Shown: positions 49,032-62,563, counted from the whole stretch's first letter. The stretch: DNA of 63,821 nt, filler included, from Folioceros fuciformis (GCA_049999805.1; 13 parts of 13 records of this genome joined end to end with filler, not necessarily neighbours in it), one strand, 5' to 3'. The notes: generated from the sequence alone by a model not told the origin. Numbers and translations: made by a program.

Positions 49032-52000
49032 TGTTGTATATCAAAAAGTAAAAGTGTTTAATAAACAATAGTCTTAAGTAAACCCTAGGTTAAACTAACT
49101 AGCCTAACCTGTGAGATTAACTAACCAAGGGTTAACCAAACCCTAACACCCCCTCTTAACCGAACAAGTTAAAGACGGGAGGAGTTATTGAGCACACACG
49201 CGGAGGTTGCGTTCGGCGCTTTAGCTTCTCAGGCAGGACACGAGGAGACTATGAAACATGGGGATATCTATCCCCCTCGCGCTGGTCACTCTCAGCATCA
49301 CAGGTGTTTTTGGAGTTGCGCTGCTACTACCATGGCTCAGTCGATCAATGGAGCCCTCAGCAACCAGAGAAGACCAAGAGAAGAGTCTGTGCAAAGAAGT
49401 ACCATCACCGACGAGGAGAAGTTGAGGAGGGACTGTTGGCCATCGCAGGCGGATAGAGCCCTAATCAAGCACCTCCTTCGGACCGAGAAACCATGCAAGA
49501 AGCTGGAGGAAATGCTGAAGTCTACCAAGGCCAAAACTCTAGAAGTGCAGAACTTGGTTGCATCTACTCCAGCCAGAGACACACGCTCGCCCTCACTATT
49601 AGATGCTGAGATCAGAGTCCTCGTTAGCGAGCTGAGGAGGCTCGGCTATGGCGGCCAAGTCAACGAGGGAGAGGCACATAGTCAGCTCCGCGTTGTGGAG
49701 AGGTAGGTCTGCTAAAGACACCCCACGTCTAAGTTGTTGTCGATAAGCTTCATTCACTGAACTGTCTTCAAGCTAACACGCTGTTGTACACCTGTAGGGA
49801 AGAACACAGCACAGAGACAGTGAACACAACTGCAGCTTCGAAGTACTAACCTTGTGCTATCCTTAGACTACAGTAAGCAGGCTTCTAGGATCTGGTAGGA
49901 GTAGGTAAGACAAACTCCCTTAGCCCCAAGGCTGCTAAGTGTTTAAAGTGTTTCTGTCTGGACAGACGTTTAGTAAACAGATCAGCTGTATTCTCGTCTG
50001 TGCTAACATACTACACCTTCACAAGTCCTCGTTCAGCCACATCCCTAATGTAATGGTGGTACAACTCAATGTGTTTGGTACGGGCATGGAAACGGGGGTT
50101 GGAAACCAAGGCAATGGTAGACATGTTTTCACAAAACAAATCAGTTGGTCCAGGTTGAGGTAAGTGAAGAGACTCAAGAAACTGACGCTCCCACTCTATT
50201 TCCTTATAGGCCTTCATTAAGGCCTTGTACTCAGCCTCTATGGACGAAAGGGCTAAGGACGTTTGCTTTTTGCAGGACCAGTTGACAGAACCTGAGGCGA
50301 GTAGGCATGCATAAGCGGACAAGCTCTTACGAGAATCTGCATCCAAGGCCCAGTCTGTGTTGGCAAAGGAAGTAAGTAAAAATTCTCTCCTACCACTGCT
50401 TGTGTAATGTAACCCATTACTCAAAGTTCCACGCAGGTAACGATACACATGGTTAACTGCTACCCAATGGGATCTGCCAGGATTCTTTAGGAACTGAGAG
50501 ACCATACTCAAAGAATAGCTGATGTCAAGCCTTGTCCAGTTAGCAAGAAAAATTAGGCAACCCACAGCTTCAGCATAAGGCACTCCAAGCATATCCGACT
50601 CCTCCTTAGCAGTTTGAGGGGACTGCTGAAAAAGTCAGCTTTTCCCCCATTGTTGAAGGTGTGGCAACTGGATGAGCCTCATGTAAAGTTGAATCGTTTT
50701 AGAATTTCCTTTAAATACTTAGTCTGGTGCAGAATGACTGTTCCTTGAGATCTATCTATGAGAATCTAGATACCCAAACAATATTGCAATGGCCCTTGAT
50801 CAGTCATTTTGAATTCTAACCTAAGCTAGTCCTTGATCTTGTTGAGTTGTGAGGTGCTATTGCTCAGGAGGATTGCATCATCAACATAGAGGGCAAGCAC
50901 CACAAATAGTCCAGCATCAGCAAGATAAAAGACATTAGAGTCAGCCGAGGACTGAACAAAGCCAAACTTGCGCAGAAACTTCATTATGCGTTTATACCAG
51001 GCTCGAGGTGATTGTTTAAGTCTATATAGTGTTTTTAGTAGTTTGCACACTTTATGAGGCCATTGTTTACTAACGAACCCCTTTGGCTAGTGCATGTAGA
51101 GCTCTTCCTCAAGCTCACCATGAAGAAACGCGGTGCACACATCCATCTGATGCAACTCAAGATCAAACTCAACTGCCATAGCTAGCAGGATCCTTACTAA
51201 GGGGGACTTCACAACTGGCGAGAAAGTATCTCCATAGTCAATTCCAGGAATCTGGCTAAAACCCCTCGCAACCAACCTGGACTTATATCTTGAGATGGTG
51301 CCATTAGCATTCAATTTGGTTTTGAAAACCCATTTACACGAGATAGGCTTGCGGCCAGGTGGTAAGTCAACTAACTCCCAAGTGTTGTTCTTCATTAGGG
51401 AGTTGAACTCATCATCAATGGAGACACGCCAATGCTTGCTGTCAGGACCATTAAGCGCTTCTTCATAGCTCTGTGGATCAGGCCTAACCTCAGGTACGTG
51501 CACATCTGTAACATGAGCAGATTGTCTTCTAAAATCAATGGACTGATACTATGTCTCAACCCAATTTTCACGTGCTCTGCATTCTCTCGTAGGGTAGCGA
51601 GATAAAGGGGGCTCCTCGACAGCATTCTGATCTAGAGAAGCATCATCTCCTGCATCTGAAGTAACACCATCCACAGCAAGTTCGTCTGAAACATGTGAGT
51701 TAATCGACTGGATAGACTGATCATCTCCTTCATCCTGAACTATTGCATAATCTGGATGGGCTGCATCATTCTGAACTGCCTCATTATCCTCATCTTGAAC
51801 AGGGTCTAACTCTGCTACTACCGAAGCATCAAGCTGTTCCTCACCGTCATACTCAAGGTAGTTGTGAAACACTTGTGTTGGTTCTAAGCTTAAACCAGAA
51901 AGCACAACATCACTAATACTAATAGGATCTACTGGATAGAGCTGCTCTACAGAGGAATCTGAACGAGGAGAGGTGAATTCAGTGATGGTAGCACTTCTGG

Positions 52001-53554
52001 ATAAGGTAATCCTTGACGTCATAGGATCTAGACGTTTATAAGCCTTAGACTCTTCAGAAAAAAACCTACAAAAAGAAGAGGCTTAGACCTATCATCTAAC
52101 TTCTTTCTTTTATGTTCAGGAACAAGAGCAAAGGAAGGTGAACCAAAGACTTTTAAGTGGAGAAGACTAGGTTTTCTTCCCCAAAATGCCTCATATGGAG
52201 TTCTACCTAGAAGAGCTGACGTGACCACCTTATTTAAGATGTAAGTGGCACACACAACTGCTTTTGCCCATAAAGACTTGGGGAGAGTAGACCATGACAA
52301 CATGCTCCTTACCATGCCCATTAGAGTATGATTTTTACGCTCTGCAACTCCATTCTGTTGCTGCGTGTAAGGGACTGAAAGTTGCCTAACTATGCCATGT
52401 GCAATAAAGAGATCATCAAACTGTCTGCCAGTAAACTCCCCTATGTTATCAGTACGAAAGCACTTCACTAGTTGACCAGTCTGTCGTTGCACCATCTGTA
52501 TCCAAGTGGAGATAGTCTCGAACACATCGCTCTTCAACTTGAGGGAGAAGGTCCATGTGTACCGAGAGTAGTCGTCCGTCAAGGTAAGATAGTACTCCGC
52601 TCCTCCAAGCGACTTCACAGGCAGCTTTCCAGCAATGTCAACATGTATAAGCTCCAGAACTTGCTTTGCTCGAGTTGCTTGTTTGTTCTTAAAGGGCAAT
52701 TCTTTTTGCTTGGACAGGATACAAGAGCTGCAAGGTTTAAGATGCTTGAAACAAGGAGGTAATCGCTCATGGTAGCAAGAAGAGTTAGCTATCAAATCAA
52801 GTTTAGAACGATTAACATGGCCCAACCTAGCATGCCACATATTAGCTTGAACATGAAAAGCAGTAAGCAAAGCTCTGACCTTTGACTTATGTACTGTGAC
52901 AAGTTGGTAGAGATCATCTACTAGAACTGCTCTAGCAACATGAATCTTTGGATATGTGAGATGATAGACATAGCAGGGTTTGTCTTCAAACCTAAACCCA
53001 TACTTACGACTGCAAGCTATGGCCCTAATCGACAGAAGGTTTTTACTAATGTCTGGAACAAACAACACATCCTCCAGCAACAAGGAAGACCCATCAAGAA
53101 GTGGTATGTTCACAGAGCCAAACCCCTTGACCTGAACACCTCGTGAGTCACCCACAAATATTGACTATGGTCATGTCTGCTTGTGAAAGGTCGAGAAGAG
53201 CCCACGTTTGTTGCAGATGTGCGTCGTGGCTCCTAAGTCGACAAACCATTATGAGGAATTCCATTTGGAAAGTGTCAGGCAAACTATTAGGGTTGTAGCT
53301 AAACTGCCACTCTTCTGCTGTGAGCTGTGATTAGAACCAGCAAACTTCTTCTCTTTAGAAGTGGTATGAGCCTCCTACTTGACTTCATGTTTAGGTTCAC
53401 CAGCCTTCTTTTTGCGGCAGTCACGTTCCCGGTGCCCTAGGATCTGGCACCAATTACAGTTGCCTTGTCTTTTTGTCAAAGAGGATGGAGATGAGGTAAA
53501 ATCATTGGATTGCTTCTTGCCTCCTTTATTATCTTTCCCCTTCCAAGGTCCTTT
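49032..53554 (-). mobile_element. Decayed copia: gag knuckle-PR-INT-RT-RNase H, extended 3' region with antisense ORFs, PPT, 117-bp 3' LTR (49032-49148)
   Basis: CNWCQILGHRERDC, LELIHVDIAG, FRTDNIGEF, QMDVCTAFLHG, YVDDAIL, NPRFHARTKHIE; TGTT...AACA LTR and CCCCCTCTT PPT on +. Confidence 0.93.
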
Positions 53555-54129
53555 NNNNNNNNNNNNNNNNNNNNNNNNNNNNNNNNNNNNNNNNNNNNTT
53601 AATTAATTAANNNNNNNNNNNNNNNNNNNNNNNNNNNNNNNNNNNNNNNNNNNNGGTGTTTTCCATCGGAAGGTCTCCGATGTTGTGCGAGGACCTCACC
53701 TTAGGAGTGCCAAGCCCTTGGCTATACCACACATTGTGAATGCTGGTTGGGACTGAAATCATGGACGGGGAGGCCACGACTCCTGAGTCTGCTTACGAGG
53801 AGGTGCTCACTGGAGGGCGGGCTGCGAGTGTTGTGGTGGAAGCGGCGGAAAAGTACTCTCAGCTGAGCATTCAGGTGTGTTGCTTAGGGGCTTTGATATG
53901 TTATGGATGCGTGGATCTTGAAGTCCTCTTTAAGATGCTTATCCAGGTTCCGAATCCAGACCATCTTTCGTTATGACCCAAGTATGCTTGTGCTTTGCAG
54001 GCAGACAGAAAACAAGGACCTAACTAAGATACCTCTAGTCGGCGGAAGGCAGATGCGGAAGAAGTTGTGGCGTGTTCGTCAGAGACATTGAGAGACGGTG
54101 GGGTGAGCACAACCAAAACGAGGCTCCGT

Positions 54130-54760
54130 ACGGGCCTTTGCTGCCTTTGCACTGGCAGACTGGTGATGAAGTGGTGAGCTTCGTCTAGGCGACCTGACTG
54201 GCCTAACATGTCGGTCATGCATAAATAGTGGTCCATGTCAGCAGCCACACCGTATTGCTCATACATGGCCTGGAAGAGGCGGGTTTCTTCCTCTAACAGG
54301 CCACTGTGACTGCAGGCAGACAGTAAACAGACGGCAGACAGTAAACAGACGAATGTGACCTTGTTGGGATGTACGCCCTCCCTACGCATTTGATAGAAGA
54401 GCTGAAGGGCCATCTAACCATCTCCATACTGGGCATATCCACCCATCATCGCATTCCAAGACACCAGATCCTTCTCTGCCAGTCCTTGGAACACGGTTCT
54501 TGCATCTTCCAAACTCCCACATTTTCCATACATGTCAGTCAGAGTGTTGCCCACATACACATCTGTGTCAAGGCCAGTCTCCACTGCGGGACTGACGTTC
54601 ACTTCTGATGATAACGGAGTGAACTCGTCTGCCCACATCCAAATCTTTCTTTGCAATGCACCTTTGCAGGAGACTGTACAGGATGTTTGTCGAGAGACGA
54701 ATGCCTTGCTGTTGCAAAGCTTCCACAGCCTGGATTCCATGTTCGAGCTGCAGCCAATCC
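54130..54760 (-). pseudogene. PLS-class pentatricopeptide repeat gene relic
   Basis: VGNTLTDMYGKCGSLEDARTVF...DLVSWNAMMGGYAQYG*MALQLF...TFVCLLSAVCLLSACSHSGL...HYLCMTDMLGQSGRLDEA. It has a frameshift, an in-frame stop, an 18-bp duplication and a truncated E domain. Confidence 0.88.
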
Positions 54761-55389
54761 TGGTCCCTTGTGTGCAACTTTCTAAGTCCACAACTGTCAT
54801 CCCGTCCCAATCTGCAACATTGCATGAAGAAGGTGGGGCCCTGGTCAGTAACTGAGCACACAGGAAGATGCACATCCAGGAATGTACTTGCCTCAAACCA
54901 ATTGCTCCTTGGGAAACTCCTGATGCTGCCGTTTGCTGACCTCTAACTGCTTTCTGCCATTCCATAGCCACCCCTTTGCTCTGTGTTGCAAAAGGTTGAA
55001 GAGTTCTGATGCTGCCTGTCAGTGACGTATCCGCAAGGTCAATTCTTCGAATACAGCTCCTATTGCACGTAAAAAGAGGAAGAGGCAAATGTACAGCTTG
55101 CACAGTTTTGCATAACCAAGGACCAGGGAAGGAAGTATTACCATATAGCTCCCGCAGACATCGCCTGCCTAGACTTGCGTCCGGCAGGTTCCGGAGCTGT
55201 TTCGCTGCAGCTCATGGTTGCTCTGATGGCATCCCACGTCCTGGTGGCAGGGATCGTTCAAACAGCCTTCTTGGCTGCAAGTTTTAGGGNNNNNNNNNNN
55301 NNNNNNNNNNNNNNNNNNNNNNNNNNNNNNNNNTTAATTAATTAANNNNNNNNNNNNNNNNNNNNNNNNNNNNNNNNNNNNNNNNNNNN

Positions 55390-57636
55390 CCACTCTGAAT
55401 GTGCTATTTAAGGGAGACAAGTGCATAATTGTTGACGGTGTGGATTCATATGCCGTACTTGCAGAAGGGTTTCCAATGAATGATATATACCAACTGAGCC
55501 TTGAAGGTAGTAGCTTGCCGATGCTGAATGTTGTTGGTATTCCTGCGAATCTCACACCCGGTGAGACAGCTATGCTATGGCATCTGCGCTGTGGACATCC
55601 ACATGGCAGAAAATTATCAGCAATGTCGAACAGCTCTTTATATGCTGATGGGATACCTGGTCAAGTGGGGGACTTACCGCTATGTGAGTCGTGCATCTAT
55701 GGGAAACATCATGAGGCTGCTTTTGACAAGACAGGTGCTCATCGTGCCTCCACACCTCTAGAACTCATGCATACGGATATCTGTGGCCCGATTTCAGTAC
55801 CTTCCATTGGTGGTGGGTCGCATTTCCTCACTTTTATCGATGACTGCACTCGCTACTGCACTCTGTACATTCTGAAGTACAAGAGTGAAACCCTTCAGCA
55901 CTTCAAAGATTTCCTGCACATGGGTGAGCGACAAACTGGTCATAGTTTGCAATGGTGGGGAGTACATCTCTAGTGAGTTTAAAGCATATTGTCGGGATCT
56001 TGGCATCACGAGGCAACTTACAGTCCCCTACACAGCTCAGCTCCACGGCGTCACAGAGAAGAAGAATCAGCTGTTGCAAGAAACTGCTCGGGCTTTGCTT
56101 AAGCAAGCTAGGCTTCCTATGCGATATTGGGCTGAGGCCATGAACACTGCTAACTATTTGCTCAATAGGTTACCAACTCGAGTGTTACCTGGCAAGACGC
56201 CATTTGAGGCGTGGTGGGGATGAAAACCAGCAATGCAGCACCTTCGCATTTTCGGTGCTCCAGCATATGTGTTTGTTCCAAAGCCTAAAAGGACAATGAA
56301 GCTGCACGACAGGGCACACAAGTTAGTGTTCATAGGTTACACTGATGGCATCAAAGCTTATAAGCTTTATGACCCTGAGGCATGCATTGTCAGCCATGCA
56401 CGTAGTGTAGTTTTTGATGAACGACGAGTGATGCATTCTCCTATTGCCTCCATTGAGTAGGATAGAAGTAAAAATGTTGTACCTGAGACTGTTGAGGACC
56501 CTGACGAGGATGATCCAGTTGATGGGGCACCCATTATGAGTCATGCTGATGTAGATCAGTTTGAAGTTTCATATTTTGGTTAATCTGGCGAGGATGATGA
56601 TTGTCATATTTTTGAGCCTGCAGTCGAGGGTGACAGTATATCACCTGACACCTATACAGAAGAATTGGAAGCAGTAGAGCCCATAGAGGAGGTGCCCATT
56701 GCTGATGTACCTGCTTCACAAGTGAGAAGCTCATATAATCTGCGTGAAAGAAACAGGTCGTGGAAGGAGCCTCCCCTTGAGATGGAAGACTGGAGGCCAG
56801 CTAGGGGGACTAAATTATAGAAACAAAAGGTAGACAAGTCAAATGCTGGTAGTGTTGTTACCTTGGAAGTGCCTACAGTTGGGGCACCTGCATTAGTACC
56901 AGCACCTGCTGAGGTGGACAGTGAAGATGTATTTTCAGCTGGGCATGCAACCCCGTCCACGTGGTTTGTCCAAGCTATGGTGGCATCCACCTTCGATCCT
57001 GCTGAACCAGTCTCTATGCAACAAGCATATTCAAGACCTGAGGCAAGACAGTGGAAGAAGGCAGTAGAAGATGAGTATGTATCAATAGTTAAAAATGGAA
57101 CTTGGACATTGGAGGAGTTGCCAAAGGGTAGAAAACCTATCTCAAGTAAATGGGTTTTCAAGCGAAAAATGAAAGTTGATGGCAGCATTGAACGTTACAA
57201 AGCCAGACTGGTGGCAAGAGGGTTTTCTCAGATTCCTGGCATAGATTTTACTGACACATTCGCTCCAGTTGTCAAGTTCTCAACCCTTCGGATGATTCTT
57301 GCCCTAGCTGCACATATGGACCTGGATTTAGAGCAAATGGACATTAAGACCGCTTTTTTACATGGTACTCTTGAAGAAGACTTGTACATGGTGCAACCTG
57401 AGGGCTACGTGAAGCCAGGGACAGAGCATCTAGTCTGTAAGCTAAAGAAAACCTTGTATGGACTTAAACAAAGCCCTAGAGCTTGGAATCAGCGGATAGA
57501 TACTTATCTTAAAAGGATGGGCTTCAAGCAGGGTGATGCTGACCCAAGACTATATGTCCTGACTGAGGACAGGAGTTTCCTGATACTTCTACTGTACGTA
57601 GATGACTTAATTCTCATTGCAACCACAGGCAAAGGG
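55390..57636 (+). mobile_element. Copia fragment (GAG-pre-integrase, INT, RT to YVDD)
   Basis: LWHLRCGH, MHTDICGP, QMDIKTAFLHG, YVDDLIL. Confidence 0.92.
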
Positions 57637-58034
57637 TGATGAAAATCATGCTAAGCTCTAGCATAAAAGATGCTTGCATTACAATGTACATAATAGAAAG
57701 TACAAAGCCTATTTATAGGCAAGGTGGTTAGGTGGTTAGACGGTTATAACCATAAGTTGTTGTAGCCGTCAGTTGGTTGTAACTAATATAACAACTAACC
57801 TCTTAGGACAACTAACTAAGTAGCTACTTAATGCCCTAGTGATAAATTAAAGCATAAGTAAAAGTGCCCTAGTGAATAGTGCCCTAAACTATATGTATTT
57901 TATCACTCCCACTCACTATCAACGTAGGGGTGAAAATAAGCTACAAAATGAAACTAAATACACTAGTAAACTCTTACTAGATAGATAGTTACTAGCTCAG
58001 AACATAAACTGAGAGTCTATGTGGCTTAAGCAAA
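57637..58034 (-). mobile_element. Inserted 3' LTR (57637-57905, TGAT...ATCA) with PPT and 3' region
   Basis: Interrupts the RT ORF; minus-strand CCTATAAATAGG; PPT CTCCCACTC on +. Confidence 0.8.
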
Positions 58035-58134
58035 NNNNNNNNNNNNNNNNNNNNNNNNNNNNNNNNNNNNNNNNNNNNTTAATTAATTAANNNNNNNNNN
58101 NNNNNNNNNNNNNNNNNNNNNNNNNNNNNNNNNN

Positions 58135-59280
58135 AAAACCATAGATGCTTACCTCAAGTCCATTGGTTTCTTGCAGAATCCAGGTGATGCAAATGTTTAC
58201 CTCTACTCCAAAGATGGCCGTATAGTGGTGCTTGCCCTTTACGTTGACGATGCAATTTTAGCATCCAATGATCCTGCATTACTAAGCTGGGTTAAACAGA
58301 TGCTTCATCAAAAGTTTGACATGAAGGATATAGGGCCTCTGACCTTTGTACTTGGCATACAGTTGGTTCGAGACCTTTCTTCCCATACTATTGTTCTACT
58401 CTAGGCTAAGTATATTATGGAGACTCTTCAGCGTTTTCATCTTGCGTCTGCCAAGCCTGTTTCTACCCCTGGTGTGGCTAGTGCTAAGCTGTCATCTGCA
58501 CATTGCCCACAAACTGTTTCTGAGAAAGAGGCTATGGCCAATATTCCTTACCGTCATGTTGTTGGGTGCCTCAACTATATCAGTTGCTGGACTCACCCTG
58601 ACATTCAATTTTCAATGAGTGCTGTTTCTCAGTTTCTGGATAACCCCGGCAAGGAACATTGGGGCGCGGTTAAACGTATTCTTCGGTATCTGAAGGGTAC
58701 TCTGCATCATGGGCTATGCTTCCGGGGGCGAGCAAATGACAAGCTTACCGTTTCTAGATGGGCTGATGCCAACTGGGTCACAGATCCAGATGCACGACGA
58801 AGCATATCCGCATATTGCTTTACCCTTTCTAGTGCTGCAATTCATTGGAGTTCCAAGAAGCAGGTTTCCATGGCACTCTCCTCTACCGAGGCAGAGTATA
58901 AGGCCTTGACGGAAGCCTCCAAGGAAGCTATCTGGGAGCGTTCCTTTCTGAATGGTCTTGGGTTTCCGCAGTTCCAGCCAACGCCCATTTATTGTGACAA
59001 TATGTCGACAATTGCCATGACAGCTAATCCGTGATTTCACGCCCGCACTAAGCACATTGAGGTGCATCACCATTTTATTAGATACTCTGTGGAGCAGAAA
59101 GAAGTGCGAATTCAGCATGTGACTACAGATTTGAACGCAGCTGATCTCCTCACCAAGTACCTGCCTGCTCACAAGCACCTGATACATATGGAGGCTTTGG
59201 GCATCAAGCCCTATACTCAAACCTAGTTCTTCTGGTTACCTCAGCTGCAGGCATGGTGGATGAAACTTTTCCTTCAAATT
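58135..59280 (+). mobile_element. Copia RT-RNase H fragment
   Basis: YVDDAIL, WADANWV, YCDNMSTIA, AADLLTK. Confidence 0.92.
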
Positions 59281-59766
59281 AGTTGGAAGACTACATGCGG
59301 AAGCGTGTCTTCCATACAAAAGATAAAATTAAGAATAATACAAAATACAAATAGTTGTCCTTTTATAGGTATCACCCTAAAGGGTGTGACTTTTCACTAG
59401 CCTAGCAAATTAACATAACTCTTGGTTGGCTAAACTAGCATGACTTATGGTTACTTAACTCTAGTGGACTGGTACCCCTTCTAACTCTCCCTCTCAGTCA
59501 CGTAGAGGTTATGAGAGCTCTATTAGAGGTCAGTGCTTCGAAAGTTTGTAGCAAAGAGCTATCTACTTCAGCTCGGCTATCAAATCTTCCAGTCGCTGAC
59601 ACTGTCAAGAAGTCTGTCGCTGGCGACAACCTCCATAGTAGCGCACTGGTCATGACCAGAACAACAGTAATACTCCAGTTACAGCTACCCTTGCACTAGA
59701 TGGAGCAAGAAGGAATATCATTACCACGTCTTCAAGTTTTCTTGAGTAACATAACCACTACAATCT
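59281..59766 (-). mobile_element. 3' LTR (59281-59486) with AG...CT termini, PPT and 3' region
   Basis: Minus strand reads TGAGAGGGAG|AGTTAGAAG...CCTATAAAAGG...CTTCCAACT. Confidence 0.65.
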
Positions 59767-59866
59767 NNNNNNNNNNNNNNNNNNNNNNNNNNNNNNNNNN
59801 NNNNNNNNNNTTAATTAATTAANNNNNNNNNNNNNNNNNNNNNNNNNNNNNNNNNNNNNNNNNNNN

Positions 59867-62463
59867 TACCAGACAGCTGACCATCCCTTACCACTCTGAC
59901 ATGAATGGACGTGCTGAGCGAAGACATCGTACTATTCAACATGCTGCAAGGTCCTTGTTGTACCAAGGGAGATTGCCTCTCCGCTTCTGGGCTCAAGCAG
60001 TACAGGTATCCACCTACTTGCAAAACAGATCAGCTGTCTCCTCCCTGAAGGGTACTACACCTTTTGAAGCCTGGACTGGTAGCAAGCATGATCTATCTCA
60101 CCTCAGGGTTTTTGGTAGAACAGCTTACGTCCACATCCCTGACCAGTTACATAAGAAGTTTTCCTTTAAGACTAAAAGACACATCTTCATTTGTTATACC
60201 CCAGCGATACATGGATACAAGCTTTTTGAACCTACTTCTAGGAAATTCATACATGCACGTACTGTAGCATTTGACGAGCGTGCTGTACTCACAACCCCTT
60301 CACATTCTTTTACTGATTTCCTTGATGATGAGAGTATAGAGCTTGCCCCTTCAGAGGGGGGCGGGGAGGATCACACATCAGATGAGGATCCAATAGATAT
60401 AGTTAGTTTTCCAGACTTTGATCCCTCTAATGAACACATAGACCCTGCCCATTTACAGCAAAATGGCTTGTCCTTACCTCCTTGTGATTCTGTTACACAA
60501 CATACTTCTGATCCAGCTGATTCTTTAGACATAGATGCACAGCCTGCTGTAGCAAATGATGAAATGCAAACTCCAAATGAACAGTCTGATAATGATCGAC
60601 AGTCAGGTGTTGATGAACCTGTTCAAGCTGCTCCTCAATATTCAGATCCACCGGATGATTTGTTTGACGACCCAGTTGAGTATTTTATGCCGGTTCAGCC
60701 TGACCTGCCTCGTCGGTCTACTCGTCTTAGGAGGCCTCCTGCAGATTGGAGGGAACCTCCTTACAGAAGTGAAGACTTTGGGAAGGTGCCTCGCTCACAT
60801 GACTTAGGAGCTGATGAGGTGGTCATTGATATGGCACATATGGTGATCAATTGAGGACATGAACCTGCCACATACCACGAGGCTAAAACTGGACCTGATG
60901 CAAAGCACTGGAAAAGCTGCTATTCAATTTGAATACGACTCTTTGCTTCAAAATACAACCTGGGAGCTATGCCCACTGCCTGAGGGGACGAAAATAGTAA
61001 CCTCGAAATGGGGTTTCCAGCTTAAATATAAGGCAAACGGGAGCATAGCTCGATACAAAGCTCGGTTAGTAGCACGTGGTTTCGCACAGGTACCAGGTCT
61101 AGACTATCACGACACCTTTTCCCCTGTCGTGAAGTCTCAGTCCATTCGAGTCCTCTTCGCTATGTCTGCCTTCTTTGGTCTGCACATCCACCACATGGAT
61201 GTCAAAACTGCTTTCTTACATGGAAAGTTAGAGGAAGAAATTTTTATGCAGCAACCAGAGGGGTTTGAGCATATTGGCAAGGAGGAGTCGGTGTGTTAGT
61301 TATTGAAGACCATTTATGGTGTCAAGCAAAGTCCATGTGCTTGGTACCAATGCATCAATGAGTTTTTGTTAGTCCAAGGTTTTCTACAAAGCTTAGCAGA
61401 TACAAATGTTTATTTCTTACAAGACTACAAGGGCAGCTTTGTTATTTTAGCCCTTTATGTGGATGATTGTATAATCCTGGGTACAGACCTGGATGGGATC
61501 TCTCGTGTGAAGGGTTTGCTGTCAAGTCGTTTTGACATGGTGGACATAGGTGAGTTGTCTTATTGCCTTGGCACTCAACTTCAGAGAGATCCTGCCACTG
61601 GAACTCTGTTAATACACCAAGAAAAATACATCTATGATATGCTTTATAAATACAAGTTGACAGAAGCAAAGCCAGCCCTTACTCCCCTTGAGGCTGGATG
61701 TAAGCTTTCTATTACTCAGTCTCCACAAACTGATGAGGATAAGGCAGAGATGAGTGCTGTTCCTTATGCTCAAGCTGTTGGATCTTTACTCTTATGCTCC
61801 AACCATACTCGTCAGGATGTGGCTCTTCCCGTTAGCATGGTTTCACAATTTCTAAAAGAGCCAGGACGAGCACATTGGTCAGCAGTTAAGAGGATTCTGC
61901 GATATTTGAAGGGAACTAGTGGACATGGCATTCACTATCTGAAGCGTATAAGTGGAAATGAGGAGCTTACCTTGCTGGGCTATTGCGATGCTGACTGGGC
62001 TGCAAACCCAGACACCAGAAGGTCAGTCTCTGCCTATTCTTTTCTTCTTGCAGGTGGTGCTGTTACATGGTCTTCCAAGAAACAGACTCTTGTCTCCCTC
62101 TCATCGACAGAGGCTGAGTATTCAGCTTTGACTCAAGCTTCGAAGGAAGCGATATGGTTGAGAAGGTTACTTGCGGACTTAGGACAGCCACAAAAGTAGC
62201 CAACAGTTATTTTTTGTGACAATCAGTCTGCACTTGCTCTAGCTCAGAATCCAGTCTACCATGCCCGTACAAAGCATATAGAGGTTCATCACCATTTTAT
62301 CAGGCATGCTGTTGAGACTGGAGAAGTGAAGCTGGAGTATATATCCACAGATTCCAATGCAGCTGATCTTCTTACCAAGGCCTTACCAAGGCTCAAGCAT
62401 CACCAGTTCAAGGAAGCATTAGGAGTATTGGGGCCGCTTCACACAGCAAAGTTTTCCAGCAGA
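59867..62463 (+). mobile_element. Copia INT-RT-RNase H fragment
   Basis: NGRAERRHRT, HMDVKTAFLHG, YVDDCII, YCDADWA, AADLLTK. Confidence 0.93.
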
Positions 62464-62563
62464 NNNNNNNNNNNNNNNNNNNNNNNNNNNNNNNNNNNNN
62501 NNNNNNNTTAATTAATTAANNNNNNNNNNNNNNNNNNNNNNNNNNNNNNNNNNNNNNNNNNNN

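Noticed and set aside
17116-62563. Recurrent TTAATTAATTAA palindrome
   Set aside because: Always centred in N44/N44 padding, so it is an artificial six-frame-stop linker. ORFs and element continuity across it are not trusted.
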